Below are positions 36,908 through 45,052 of a stretch of 64,000 nucleotides of DNA, piece by piece (the stretch's first letter is position 1; every line of letters begins with the position of its first letter). The stretch spans positions 921 to 64,920 of the forward strand of contig DYES01000072.1 in assembly GCA_020725585.1 (NCBI GenBank). Reading direction: 5' to 3'. The stretch is from Desulfovirgula sp. Its GTDB lineage: Bacteria; Bacillota; Desulfotomaculia; Desulfotomaculales; Nap2-2B. The translations under genes were made by a program, and so were the position numbers. The notes under the pieces are model-generated. The model made no database searches and was not told where the DNA came from. It was given only the letters and a program-made list of their open reading frames with translations.

Positions 36908-38680
36908 TTAAGCCGGCGCCAGCGGCAAGGTAAAGCTAAAGGTAGAGCCAATTCCCTCCCGGCTGCTCACCAGGACCTTTCCGCCGTGAATTTCCACAAT
37001 TTGCTTCACGATGGCCAGACCCAGGCCGGTTCCGCCCAAAGCGCGCGATCGTGATTTTTCGACCCGGTAAAAGCGCTCCCAGATATGCGGCAGGTCCTCT
37101 TCCGGGATGCCCGGGCCCTGGTCGGTGAAGCTTATTGTTACTTCTTCCCCGGAAAAAGAGGCCTGCATTTTGATCACCCCGCCGGGCGGGGAAAAACGGA
37201 TGGCATTTTGTAAAAGGTTAATCAAAACTTGCTCGATGCGCTCTTCGTTTGCCGGCAGGATGGGAGCGTCACGGGGTATTTTCTGCTCAATGCGCAGGTT
37301 CTTTTCTTCCAGTTGGGGCTTAAGTTTTAGCAAAACGCCGGCAAATAAATCGGGTATGTGGATGGGATTCAGGTCCCAGCTTATTTTGCCCGATTCCAGC
37401 CGCGCCAGGTCCAGCAGTTCGTTAATCAGGCGGCCCAGGCGCAGGCTTTCCTCGTGGATTACCTTTAAGTACTCTGCTTGAACTGTTCTGTCTATGGTTA
37501 CTTCATCGAGAAGGGCTTCGGTGAAGCCCTGGATGGAAGTAAGGGGGGTGCGTATTTCGTGGGAAACGTCCGCTATAAAGTCGCGGCGGAGCTGTTCCAG
37601 CTTCTTAGCTTCAGTAATGTCCTTAATCACCCCCACTGCCCCGTAGATAACCTGGTCCCTTCCCCGAAGGGGAGCCACCCGGGCGGAAAGGATAATTTTC
37701 CCGCCGGACAGGGTAAATTCTAAAGAACCCTGTTCCCCTGTCTCCATAACCTTCTTAAAAAGAGCTCCCAGAGGCTGACAACCCTCAAAACTCGCTAAAT
37801 CCTGGTCGAGAGCTTTTTTTTGTTCCAATCCAAGAAGGTATTCCGCCGCCGGGTTGAGAAGGGTCGTTTTCCCAGCTAGATCGGTGGCGATGACTCCCTC
37901 GGCCAGGTTGGAAAGAATGTTTTCGTTTTGCGTCTTTTCCCGGGAGAGCTTGTTGATCGTCTGCTCCAGCTCAACGCCCAGTTGGTTGAAGTTTTCGGCA
38001 AGCCTGCCTATTTCATCTTGGGAGGTTACCGGGATGTGTTGGCGGAAGTTTCCCCTGGCCATCTCCAGGGTAAGCGCACTCATTTGTTTTATGGGGCGGG
38101 ATATCGAGCGGGACAGGCAGTACGCCGGGATGAGCGCAAGGAGAATGGCAACCCCCGCTGAATACAAAATTAGCCTCTGGACGGCCGAGACGGTCGCCCG
38201 GATATCAGCCACGGGGGTGGAAAGGAGGATTGCCCCTGCAACCTGTTCCCTGTACGTGAAGGGGACCGCCGCCGTTAAAATCGTCTGGTTGGACCGCGGG
38301 ATCTGTCTTTGCCAGGTGATCGCCCGCCCCTGAAGGAGCTTCTGGCCGTCGGCCGGTTCCAGGGGAAGCGGGTGGAGGCCGGGGCCCGGATTCAGGGAGG
38401 AGTCCAAAACCTCCCTGCCGACGATCATGATCCGGGTGTCCTGCTGGGTGCGCAGGCTCCGGGCAGTTAAAAAATTGATCGTTTCTCTGTTTGCCTGCTC
38501 CCCCAGGGAAGCGCTAAAAAGGCCGGCAATCTCTTCCCCCTGGCTGACGAGCTCCTTTTCTTTGGTGTAAAAGTAAAAGGAGTTGAAGAGCCAGGACAGA
38601 ACCAGGCTGGTTACCACAAGGGTAACAAGGATGATTCCCGCAAAGGACACGAGCAGCCTGCTAAATAGGCTCTTGCCCAT
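36908..38680 (-). CDS. Sensor histidine kinase (2 TM + extracytoplasmic loop, HAMP, PAS, HisKA, HATPase_c)
   Basis: H-box 'SHEIRTPL', 'NLLQNAIRFSP', 'GTGLGLAIVK'. ATG abuts the RR stop (TGAATG). Confidence 0.9.
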   Translation of the reverse strand: MGKSLFSRLLVSFAGIILVTLVVTSLVLSWLFNSFYFYTKEKELVSQGEEIAGLFSASLGEQANRETINFLTARSLRTQQDTRIMIVGREVLDSSLNPGPGLHPLPLEPADGQKLLQGRAITWQRQIPRSNQTILTAAVPFTYREQVAGAILLSTPVADIRATVSAVQRLILYSAGVAILLALIPAYCLSRSISRPIKQMSALTLEMARGNFRQHIPVTSQDEIGRLAENFNQLGVELEQTINKLSREKTQNENILSNLAEGVIATDLAGKTTLLNPAAEYLLGLEQKKALDQDLASFEGCQPLGALFKKVMETGEQGSLEFTLSGGKIILSARVAPLRGRDQVIYGAVGVIKDITEAKKLEQLRRDFIADVSHEIRTPLTSIQGFTEALLDEVTIDRTVQAEYLKVIHEESLRLGRLINELLDLARLESGKISWDLNPIHIPDLFAGVLLKLKPQLEEKNLRIEQKIPRDAPILPANEERIEQVLINLLQNAIRFSPPGGVIKMQASFSGEEVTISFTDQGPGIPEEDLPHIWERFYRVEKSRSRALGGTGLGLAIVKQIVEIHGGKVLVSSREGIGSTFSFTLPLAPA

Positions 38681-39361
38681 TCATTCAGTCACCCCGAACC
38701 GGTAACCCTTTCCCCAAACCGTGACGATGTAGTTCTTGCTCCCGGGGTTTTTAAGTTTTTCCCGTAACTTTTTGATATGTGTGTCTACCGTTCGGGAATC
38801 CCCGGGGTATTCATAACCCCAGACCTGTTCTAATATTTGCTCGCGCGAGTAAACGCGCTGGGGGTGGGAGGCTAAAAACCATAACAGATCAAACTCTTTA
38901 GGGGTGAGTTGGATCTCCTGTCCCCAGGCCTCTACCCGGCAGGCGTTACGGTCGATCAGCAGCCCGGGGTAGCATAAAACGTCATTCTGGCTGCCGGCAA
39001 GCTTTGCGCGACGCAATACCGCCTTCACCCTGGCCACCATTTCGCGGGGGCTGAAAGGCTTGGTGATATAGTCGTCGGCGCCCAGTTCTAAGCCAAAGAC
39101 ACGGTCAAATTCCTCGCCTCTGGCCGTCAGCATGATGATGGGGACTGTCAAGTTTTTTCTGATTTCTTTGCAGACGGTCCAGCCGTCCAGTTTGGGCAGC
39201 ATGAGATCCAAAAGGATCAGGTCGGGGACGAAAGAGCGCAGCATCGCAAGCGCTTTTTCCCCGTCTTCGGCCGTTTCTACTCGGAAACCTTCCCTTCTCA
39301 GATATACGCTTACCAACTCGCGGACAGGCTCTTCGTCTTCGACCACGAGGATGGTCTCCAT
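38681..39361 (-). CDS. OmpR/PhoB-family response regulator
   Basis: Receiver 'ILVVEDEEPVREL...DLILLDLMLPKLDG'; winged-helix 'LTPKEFDLLWFLASHPQRVYSREQIL...VWGKGYRF'. Confidence 0.92.
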   Translation of the reverse strand: METILVVEDEEPVRELVSVYLRREGFRVETAEDGEKALAMLRSFVPDLILLDLMLPKLDGWTVCKEIRKNLTVPIIMLTARGEEFDRVFGLELGADDYITKPFSPREMVARVKAVLRRAKLAGSQNDVLCYPGLLIDRNACRVEAWGQEIQLTPKEFDLLWFLASHPQRVYSREQILEQVWGYEYPGDSRTVDTHIKKLREKLKNPGSKNYIVTVWGKGYRFGVTE

Positions 39362-39627
39362 GGGCGGCTGCTCGCCTCCTGATATATATAGATAATAATT
39401 TTTTTGTTTTTCAGAGTTGAGTAATTTATACCAGGTTTTTGTTACGATTTTGTGAACAAATTCAGATCAAAAAGTGAATAATTTGGTTGACAAACCCAAT
39501 GATGCTTTCTGTTTGGAAATTTTTCATATTTTGTTCACAGGTTGGCAACAATTTCTTGCTACTGTTTAAGGAGGAATTTTAAATTGTCTTTAGGCAGTTT
39601 GGATTAAGTGTGGGAGGCTTTCTGCCC

Positions 39628-39666
39628 ATGATAAACGCTACAACAAAAATAATTCAAAAAAAGTAA
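39628..39666 (+). other. 12-codon mini-ORF (MINATTKIIQKK*) with its own SD, in frame with and 3 nt upstream of the lipoprotein GTG
   Basis: GGGAGG (39612-39617), 10 nt, then ATG. TAA at 39664-39666, then GGG, then GTG 39670 in the same frame. A second SD-equipped mini-ORF (AAGGAGGA-8 nt-TTG, MSLGSLD*) lies at 39584-39607. Confidence 0.35.
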
Positions 39667-39669
39667 GGG

Positions 39670-40287
39670 GTGTTCAATCTGTTTAAAAAATTAGTAATTA
39701 TTGTGCTTATATTTGCTTTTGTAACAAGTGGCGGATGCACTAGCGTTGGCAAAGAAGAGCCCAAAAATAATGGTAAAACTGCTGTTGCAGAAAACGAAAA
39801 GATAGTTCTTCCGGAAGAAAAACCGGAGTTGGTGGGCAGAGTTAAAGATATTGTCGGTAATGAGGTGACTGTATATAAGGTTCAGGCCGATACGCAAACA
39901 GAGCCGGGCGGAGGAAGCCGGAATCTGCCGGACCAAAGTGCAAACCAGAATAATAGAGGGGCCATGATGAGAGCAACTGCGATGAGAGTAACGGATGAAA
40001 CTGAAACGTTTATTATCCCTGTAGGCACTCCCATAGTCACAATCCAAAGGGGTACTGATGAAGTTAAAGCCATTAACTTAACGGAAATAAAAAAAGACCA
40101 GATTTTAAGGATATGGAAGAAAGATGGTTCGGTTGTATTTGTGCAAGTTATGGGCGGCATTGGAGAAAGGGCTGGAAACAGGGGCTCGGGAAACCCAGCC
40201 GAAGGGGCTAGAAGCGGGGAAGGTTTTGGCGGTGCAGGACCGGGTATGGGCGTGAGGGAAGGTCCGGGTGGCATCAGACAGCCATGA
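39670..40287 (+). CDS. Lipoprotein of unknown function with Gly-rich C-terminal tail, first gene of the efflux operon
   Basis: Lipobox 'VTSGGC'. No family recognised. The stop overlaps the ABC ATPase start (ATGA). AT-rich codon usage. Confidence 0.6.
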   Translation: MFNLFKKLVIIVLIFAFVTSGGCTSVGKEEPKNNGKTAVAENEKIVLPEEKPELVGRVKDIVGNEVTVYKVQADTQTEPGGGSRNLPDQSANQNNRGAMMRATAMRVTDETETFIIPVGTPIVTIQRGTDEVKAINLTEIKKDQILRIWKKDGSVVFVQVMGGIGERAGNRGSGNPAEGARSGEGFGGAGPGMGVREGPGGIRQP

Positions 40288-40973
40288 GCAGTAACCCAAA
40301 GTGCGTTATAGATGCAAAGAATATAGTAAAAATCTACCAAAGTGGGTCGGAAGAACTGAGGGTCCTGGATGATGTGAACCTACAAGTCTATGAAGGAGAG
40401 TTTATGGCAATCTTAGGGCCCTCCGGGTCGGGTAAATCTACCTTGATGAATATACTGGGCTGTTTGGATTTACCAACCTCCGGGCAGTATTATTTAGACG
40501 GTTTGGATATCCTGAAAGCCAAAGAGAATCAATTGGCAGAAATCCGAAACAAAAAAATTGGTTTTGTCTTTCAAAAGTTTAATTTGCTGCCCCGGCTAAC
40601 AGCCGTCCAAAACGTCATGCTTCCGCTATTGTATCGAGGGGTAGACGAAAAGGAAGCAATTAAGTTAGCTAAGGAAAAACTGGATTTGTTAGGGTTGGGG
40701 GACAGGTGCAATCACTTGCCGAACGAGTTATCCGGAGGGCAGCAGCAGCGGGTTGCCATTGCAAGGGCGATAATTGGCAATCCCAACATCCTGTTAGCAG
40801 ATGAGCCCACTGGTAACTTAGATAGCAAATCCGGAAAAGATGCCATAGAAATCTTTAAGAGTCTCAATAAACAAGGAAATACCATAATAGTTATTACTCA
40901 TAACAATGAAGTGGCTGAGCAGGCGAAAAAAATAATCTACTTACGGGATGGTAAAATTTATGAGCATAATTAA
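40284..40973 (+). CDS. MacB/LolD-type ABC transporter ATP-binding protein
   Basis: Walker A 'GPSGSGKST', signature 'LSGGQQQRVAIARA', Walker B 'ILLADEPTGNLD'. Confidence 0.92.
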   Translation: MSSNPKCVIDAKNIVKIYQSGSEELRVLDDVNLQVYEGEFMAILGPSGSGKSTLMNILGCLDLPTSGQYYLDGLDILKAKENQLAEIRNKKIGFVFQKFNLLPRLTAVQNVMLPLLYRGVDEKEAIKLAKEKLDLLGLGDRCNHLPNELSGGQQQRVAIARAIIGNPNILLADEPTGNLDSKSGKDAIEIFKSLNKQGNTIIVITHNNEVAEQAKKIIYLRDGKIYEHN

Positions 40974-42123
40974 GAGCTGGTGGTTGAAATTAAGAACAAA
41001 AAAGCGCTTAGGGATGGTTATTCTATTAATTATCCTTTGGGCGGCTGGAACAGGTTTATGGATAAAGAAGAACGGCAGCGAAAAAAGCGCAGAAATCCAA
41101 TATGAGCAAGCAAAGGTTAGAAGAGGCGATATTATTGTTGGCTTTGAATCTGACGGTAATATCGCTTTTTCCAAGGTAAACCTAAGGTTCGGGGTGAAGG
41201 GGACGATATCTGAAATATTGGTGAACGAGGGCAGTAAAGTTAAAAAGGGTGACATTATTGCCAAATTAGACAGCCAGGATTACCAGGACCAGTATCAGCT
41301 GGCTTTAGCGAAGCTAACAGACGCCCAGGAACAAAAAATAACAAATCTTCTTGATGATGAATTGAAGATCAAGAACGCGGAAATTGAGCTGCAAAAACTA
41401 AAAGACACGTACAGAGAAATGGAAGCTTTGCCCGATGCGTACTCGCCAAACGAATTAAAGATGAAAAAAATGGAGCTGGAAAATAAAGAAATAGAATATA
41501 AGAACATGTTAAGAAAATTTGAATTACAGCAGAACAAAGAATTGAACCAGGAAGAACTGGCGGTTAAAATGGCCAAAGAAAACTTGGAAGATACAATTTT
41601 GTACTCTCCAGTTTCAGGCACCATATTAACTTTGTCAAACAAAGTAGGGGAAAGTATTTCTGATGAGAAGGATTTTGCTGTAATTCATGAAAACGATGCG
41701 ATAAAGGCGATAACGAAGGTAATAGAGTATGATGTTGGCCAGATTAAAGTGGGGCAAAAAGTATACGTGACCGTGGAGGCCCTTCCGGATCAAAAATTTG
41801 TGGGTGAAGTATGCAAGGTAAACTCCTTGCCGCTGGCTGATTCTACGGGTCTGGTGAATTATTCGGTAGAGATTGATATTAAAGATCCCGGTCCGGAGCT
41901 AAAAGATGGTATGAGTTGCACAGTCTCTTTTGTGGTAAAAGAGGTGAAAGATTGCTTAATTGTGCCTTATAAGGCTGTTAAAATTATTAACCAAAAACAG
42001 TTCGTAACTGTTATTGATGAGGATGGTCAAACGACAGAAAGAGAAATAAAAACGGGATTTACCGATGGGAACAGTGTAGAAGTTTTGGAAGGTCTGAAAG
42101 TAAACGAAACTGTGGTTTTTTAA
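40960..42123 (+). CDS. Periplasmic-adaptor / membrane-fusion protein (HlyD/MacA family)
   Basis: N-terminal TM, lipoyl-like 'GTISEILVNEGSKVKKGDIIAKLD', long coiled-coil hairpin, beta-barrel 'SPVSGTILTL'. Start ATG 40960 or 40948. Confidence 0.85.
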   Translation: MSIIKSWWLKLRTKKRLGMVILLIILWAAGTGLWIKKNGSEKSAEIQYEQAKVRRGDIIVGFESDGNIAFSKVNLRFGVKGTISEILVNEGSKVKKGDIIAKLDSQDYQDQYQLALAKLTDAQEQKITNLLDDELKIKNAEIELQKLKDTYREMEALPDAYSPNELKMKKMELENKEIEYKNMLRKFELQQNKELNQEELAVKMAKENLEDTILYSPVSGTILTLSNKVGESISDEKDFAVIHENDAIKAITKVIEYDVGQIKVGQKVYVTVEALPDQKFVGEVCKVNSLPLADSTGLVNYSVEIDIKDPGPELKDGMSCTVSFVVKEVKDCLIVPYKAVKIINQKQFVTVIDEDGQTTEREIKTGFTDGNSVEVLEGLKVNETVVF

Positions 42124-42141
42124 AAAAAAGAAGGTGATTTT

Positions 42142-43317
42142 TTGCAGCTAAAGCAGCTTTTGAAGATAATCTTAATAAACATTTACCATAACAAAATGCG
42201 GACCTTCCTGACTACATTGGGGGTAATCGTCGGCACCGCCACTATTTTTCTCGTCGTATCGATCGGCAAAGGCGGAGAGGCTAAGGTTAATGAGCAGTAT
42301 TCCAGGCTGAATGTAGGAACCATAATTGTTGCCCCGGCCCAGAGGGGAAGAGTTGTCGACCCGTTAACAGAAAAAGACGCGCAGATGTTCGAGAAAAGCG
42401 GCAATATTGCCCATGCCTTTCCTGTATTACGGGGGTCCGGGGATATAAACTATGGTAATTTTTCCTTTCGGGGTAACTTTTCAGCAATACTTCCGAAGTT
42501 TCAGGCGAGTAATAACCTAACTGTTCAATATGGCAGAGCCCTTGCGGATGAAGACGAGACCAAAAAAAATAAATGCGCAGTTCTAGGAGCGGAATTGGCA
42601 AACACACTTACGGACGGCAATCCTTCTAGGATAGTCGGGGAAAATATTAGCATCAATGGTCGAAGATTTGAGGTAATCGGAATCTATAACCGGGTGGGAG
42701 ATTCAAGTTACGACGAATCAGCTTTTATTGTTTACTCCGTGGGAAAAAAATATTTGTTGGGAACCAGGGCAAACCCAACGATTATAGTGCAGGCTACGGG
42801 TATAAAAACAGTTCAATCAGCTATCGAAGATATTAAAGCTGTTCTTGACGAGACTCATCGCCTGGGAGGTTCAGAGCAATTCCGTGTTTTGGACGCAGGA
42901 AGCAGGCTGTTAGCCGCGCAGGAATCAGCCCGGACTATGTCCCTCCTTTTGCTGGCCGTCGCGATAGTCGTCTTAATTGTAAGTGGCATTGGCATTATGA
43001 ACGTAATGTTCGTGACAGTAAAAGAACGGACCAGGGAAATCGGAATATTAAAGGCAATTGGCGCCAAAAAGAAAGATATATTAAGTCAGTTTTTAATAGA
43101 GGCCGTTATTATCAGCCTGGCAGGCGGAGTAATTGGCGTTATAGCCGGCTTTTTTTCCATACCTGTTTTAAAATATTTCGAGCTTCCATCCCTTCCATCA
43201 ATAAACGGGGTTTTATTAGGGTTAATATTTTCCGTGTTAACGGGGATATTTTTCGGGTTTTATCCGGCCTGGAAAGCCGCTGACTTGAACCCGATCGAAG
43301 CGTTAAGATATGAGTAA
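42142..43317 (+). CDS. MacB-type ABC permease (FtsX fold with large extracytoplasmic domain)
   Basis: 'MRTFLTTLGVIVGTATI', ~220-aa external domain, C-terminal 'ERTREIGILKAIGAKKKDI...FGFYPAWKAADLNPIEALRYE'. Confidence 0.9.
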   Translation: MQLKQLLKIILINIYHNKMRTFLTTLGVIVGTATIFLVVSIGKGGEAKVNEQYSRLNVGTIIVAPAQRGRVVDPLTEKDAQMFEKSGNIAHAFPVLRGSGDINYGNFSFRGNFSAILPKFQASNNLTVQYGRALADEDETKKNKCAVLGAELANTLTDGNPSRIVGENISINGRRFEVIGIYNRVGDSSYDESAFIVYSVGKKYLLGTRANPTIIVQATGIKTVQSAIEDIKAVLDETHRLGGSEQFRVLDAGSRLLAAQESARTMSLLLLAVAIVVLIVSGIGIMNVMFVTVKERTREIGILKAIGAKKKDILSQFLIEAVIISLAGGVIGVIAGFFSIPVLKYFELPSLPSINGVLLGLIFSVLTGIFFGFYPAWKAADLNPIEALRYE

Positions 43318-43331
43318 AAGGGGATAAAAAA

Positions 43332-44543
43332 ATGAATAAAAAGCTAATCTTATTACTAACCATGCTGATTGTCCTGAGCTTCTGTGCAACTGGACATGCT
43401 TCTGAGGATAATGTTATTACGTTAGACCAGGCCAGGATGCTTGCCAATTCAAACAGCCGCAACTTAGCCAAATATGATCTAAAAGTGAAAAAGGCGCAAT
43501 ATCAGCTGTACCAGTTGGAGGCTCAGCGCAACGATATTTACTACCAATCAAACTATTTGTTTAACCGATACAATAGCTTATACGAAAAGTACTACTCACT
43601 CCAGGAACAATTAAACCAGGGTGACGAAAGCGTTGTTCCCCAGATGGATGAAATAATGGAAGAAATCCAAAATATTGAAAGAGAAATGGAAACACAGTCC
43701 GAAAAGATAAGCGCACTGGAAGACAGTATAGAAAGCGCCGAAATGAATTACGATGAAAGTACCGTAAACAAGAATAACTTCGAGAAGCAACTGCAATTCG
43801 AAGTTGATCGACTTTACGTAACAATATTAAATCAGGAAGATGCTCTTCTAACGGCAGGCAAGGAATACGAATTAAAGCTTAATTTGTTAAATGTGGAAAA
43901 AACCAGATTAAATCTGGGCAGCAGCAGCCTGCAGAAAGTAGACCAAATGGCCGCAGAGGTAGCCGATCAGAAAAAAAGAATAGTGGAGCAAACTCACTTA
44001 ATTAAAACCCTGAAAGGTAAATTGAATGTCATGATGGGGAGGGGTTATGACGATGAATTAAAATTGGTCCCTTTTAACGTACCGGACGCCGTTGAGGTGC
44101 CTAAATATGATCAATTATTGTCAAACGCTTTTCAAAAATATAATGTTCTAAAAAAGCTGCAAAACGAAATAGAGCAGGACGAAGATGAGTTAGAAGATGA
44201 GAATGATTATTATCAAAGTATATTGTTGGGTCTCCAGATTGAAGAGAAAAAGTTACAGCTAGAAGATGAAGAGATAAAATTAAAGGAAATGGTTTACAAT
44301 CTATTGGCAGACCTGGAAGCAAAGCAAGAAGACTATTGTTTATCTATAATCAATTATGAAAATGCCAAAAAGGCGTTTGAGTGGGATAAAAAGAGGTTTG
44401 AAATGGGCCATATTTCTAAACTTTCCCTTATGAAAAGTGAATTAAGCTATCTGAATGCAAAAAACAAGAAAACTTCATCAGGATATGCATTTTATTTAGC
44501 TGAACGTACTTTAAGGCTGGCTGAAGAGGGTATATTTGTGTAG
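43332..44543 (+). CDS. TolC/OEP-like secreted coiled-coil protein
   Basis: Signal peptide 'KKLILLLTMLIVLSFCATGHA'. 'ITLDQARMLANSNSRNLAKYDLKVKKAQYQL' and C-terminal 'RFEMGHISKLSLMKSELSYLNAKNKKTSSGYAFYLAERTLRLAEEG' mirror the two OEP repeat signatures. Confidence 0.65.
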   Translation: MNKKLILLLTMLIVLSFCATGHASEDNVITLDQARMLANSNSRNLAKYDLKVKKAQYQLYQLEAQRNDIYYQSNYLFNRYNSLYEKYYSLQEQLNQGDESVVPQMDEIMEEIQNIEREMETQSEKISALEDSIESAEMNYDESTVNKNNFEKQLQFEVDRLYVTILNQEDALLTAGKEYELKLNLLNVEKTRLNLGSSSLQKVDQMAAEVADQKKRIVEQTHLIKTLKGKLNVMMGRGYDDELKLVPFNVPDAVEVPKYDQLLSNAFQKYNVLKKLQNEIEQDEDELEDENDYYQSILLGLQIEEKKLQLEDEEIKLKEMVYNLLADLEAKQEDYCLSIINYENAKKAFEWDKKRFEMGHISKLSLMKSELSYLNAKNKKTSSGYAFYLAERTLRLAEEGIFV

Positions 44544-44557
44544 TTGAAAACAGGGCC

Positions 44558-45052
44558 ATGGAACCCATCATCACCCTTGATGCGGTTATCCTGGGCAAAG
44601 TGGAAGGCCCGTGATTGTCGGCGGCGACCCGGCAAAGCGCCACGGGGTGGTGCTGGCCGCCAGCTACGAGGCCAAGGCCAAAGGGGTCAAGACCGGGATA
44701 ACCGTCTACGAAGCCCAAAGGCTTTGCCCAGGAGCAGTCTATTTTCAGCCCCAGCATCACCTCTACGTCCACTTTTCCGCCCGCATCCTGCGCATCCTGC
44801 GCATCATGCGCAGCTTCACTCCCTTAGGCGAGCCCTTTTCCATCGACGAGGCCTTTTTAGACATGACCGGCTGCGAAAAACTTTTCGGTTCCCGGTCTGG
44901 CCGCCCGCCGCGCTGAACAACTAACCCTCTTTGGAGAAAGAGAAAAGCTAAAAAACAGCGGGAAGGCCTGTGATTTGATCCGCAGCAGGTTTGGATCCAA
45001 GGCCATTTTCCGGGCCGTTTCGCTCACGAAGGCGGGTGTCTACCATGCGTGA
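44558..45052 (+). pseudogene. dinB: Decayed Y-family DNA polymerase IV gene: frameshifted N-terminus, ~250-aa internal deletion, C-terminal stub
   Basis: 'MEPIITLDAVILGKVEGP*' then a +frame 'VIVGGDPAKRHGVVLAASYEAKAKGVKTG...PFSIDEAFLDMTGCEKLFGS'. It then jumps to a C-terminal-type 'QLTLFGEREKL...DLIRSRFGSKAIFRAVSL' in another frame. The catalytic 'DMDAFYASVE' block is destroyed. Confidence 0.75.
44782..44808 (+). repeat. 9-bp tandem repeat (CGCATCCTG x2 + CGCATCATG) inside the dinB relic
   Basis: Read directly: cgcatcctg cgcatcctg cgcatcatg, encoding (A)RILRILRIM. Confidence 0.9.

Noticed and set aside
44544-44924. 126-aa ORF (MKTGPWNPSSPLMRLSWAKW...) overlapping the dinB region
   Set aside because: It is an alternative frame of the dinB relic. 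Only the other frames show polymerase similarity, and this product is Arg/Pro-rich nonsense.
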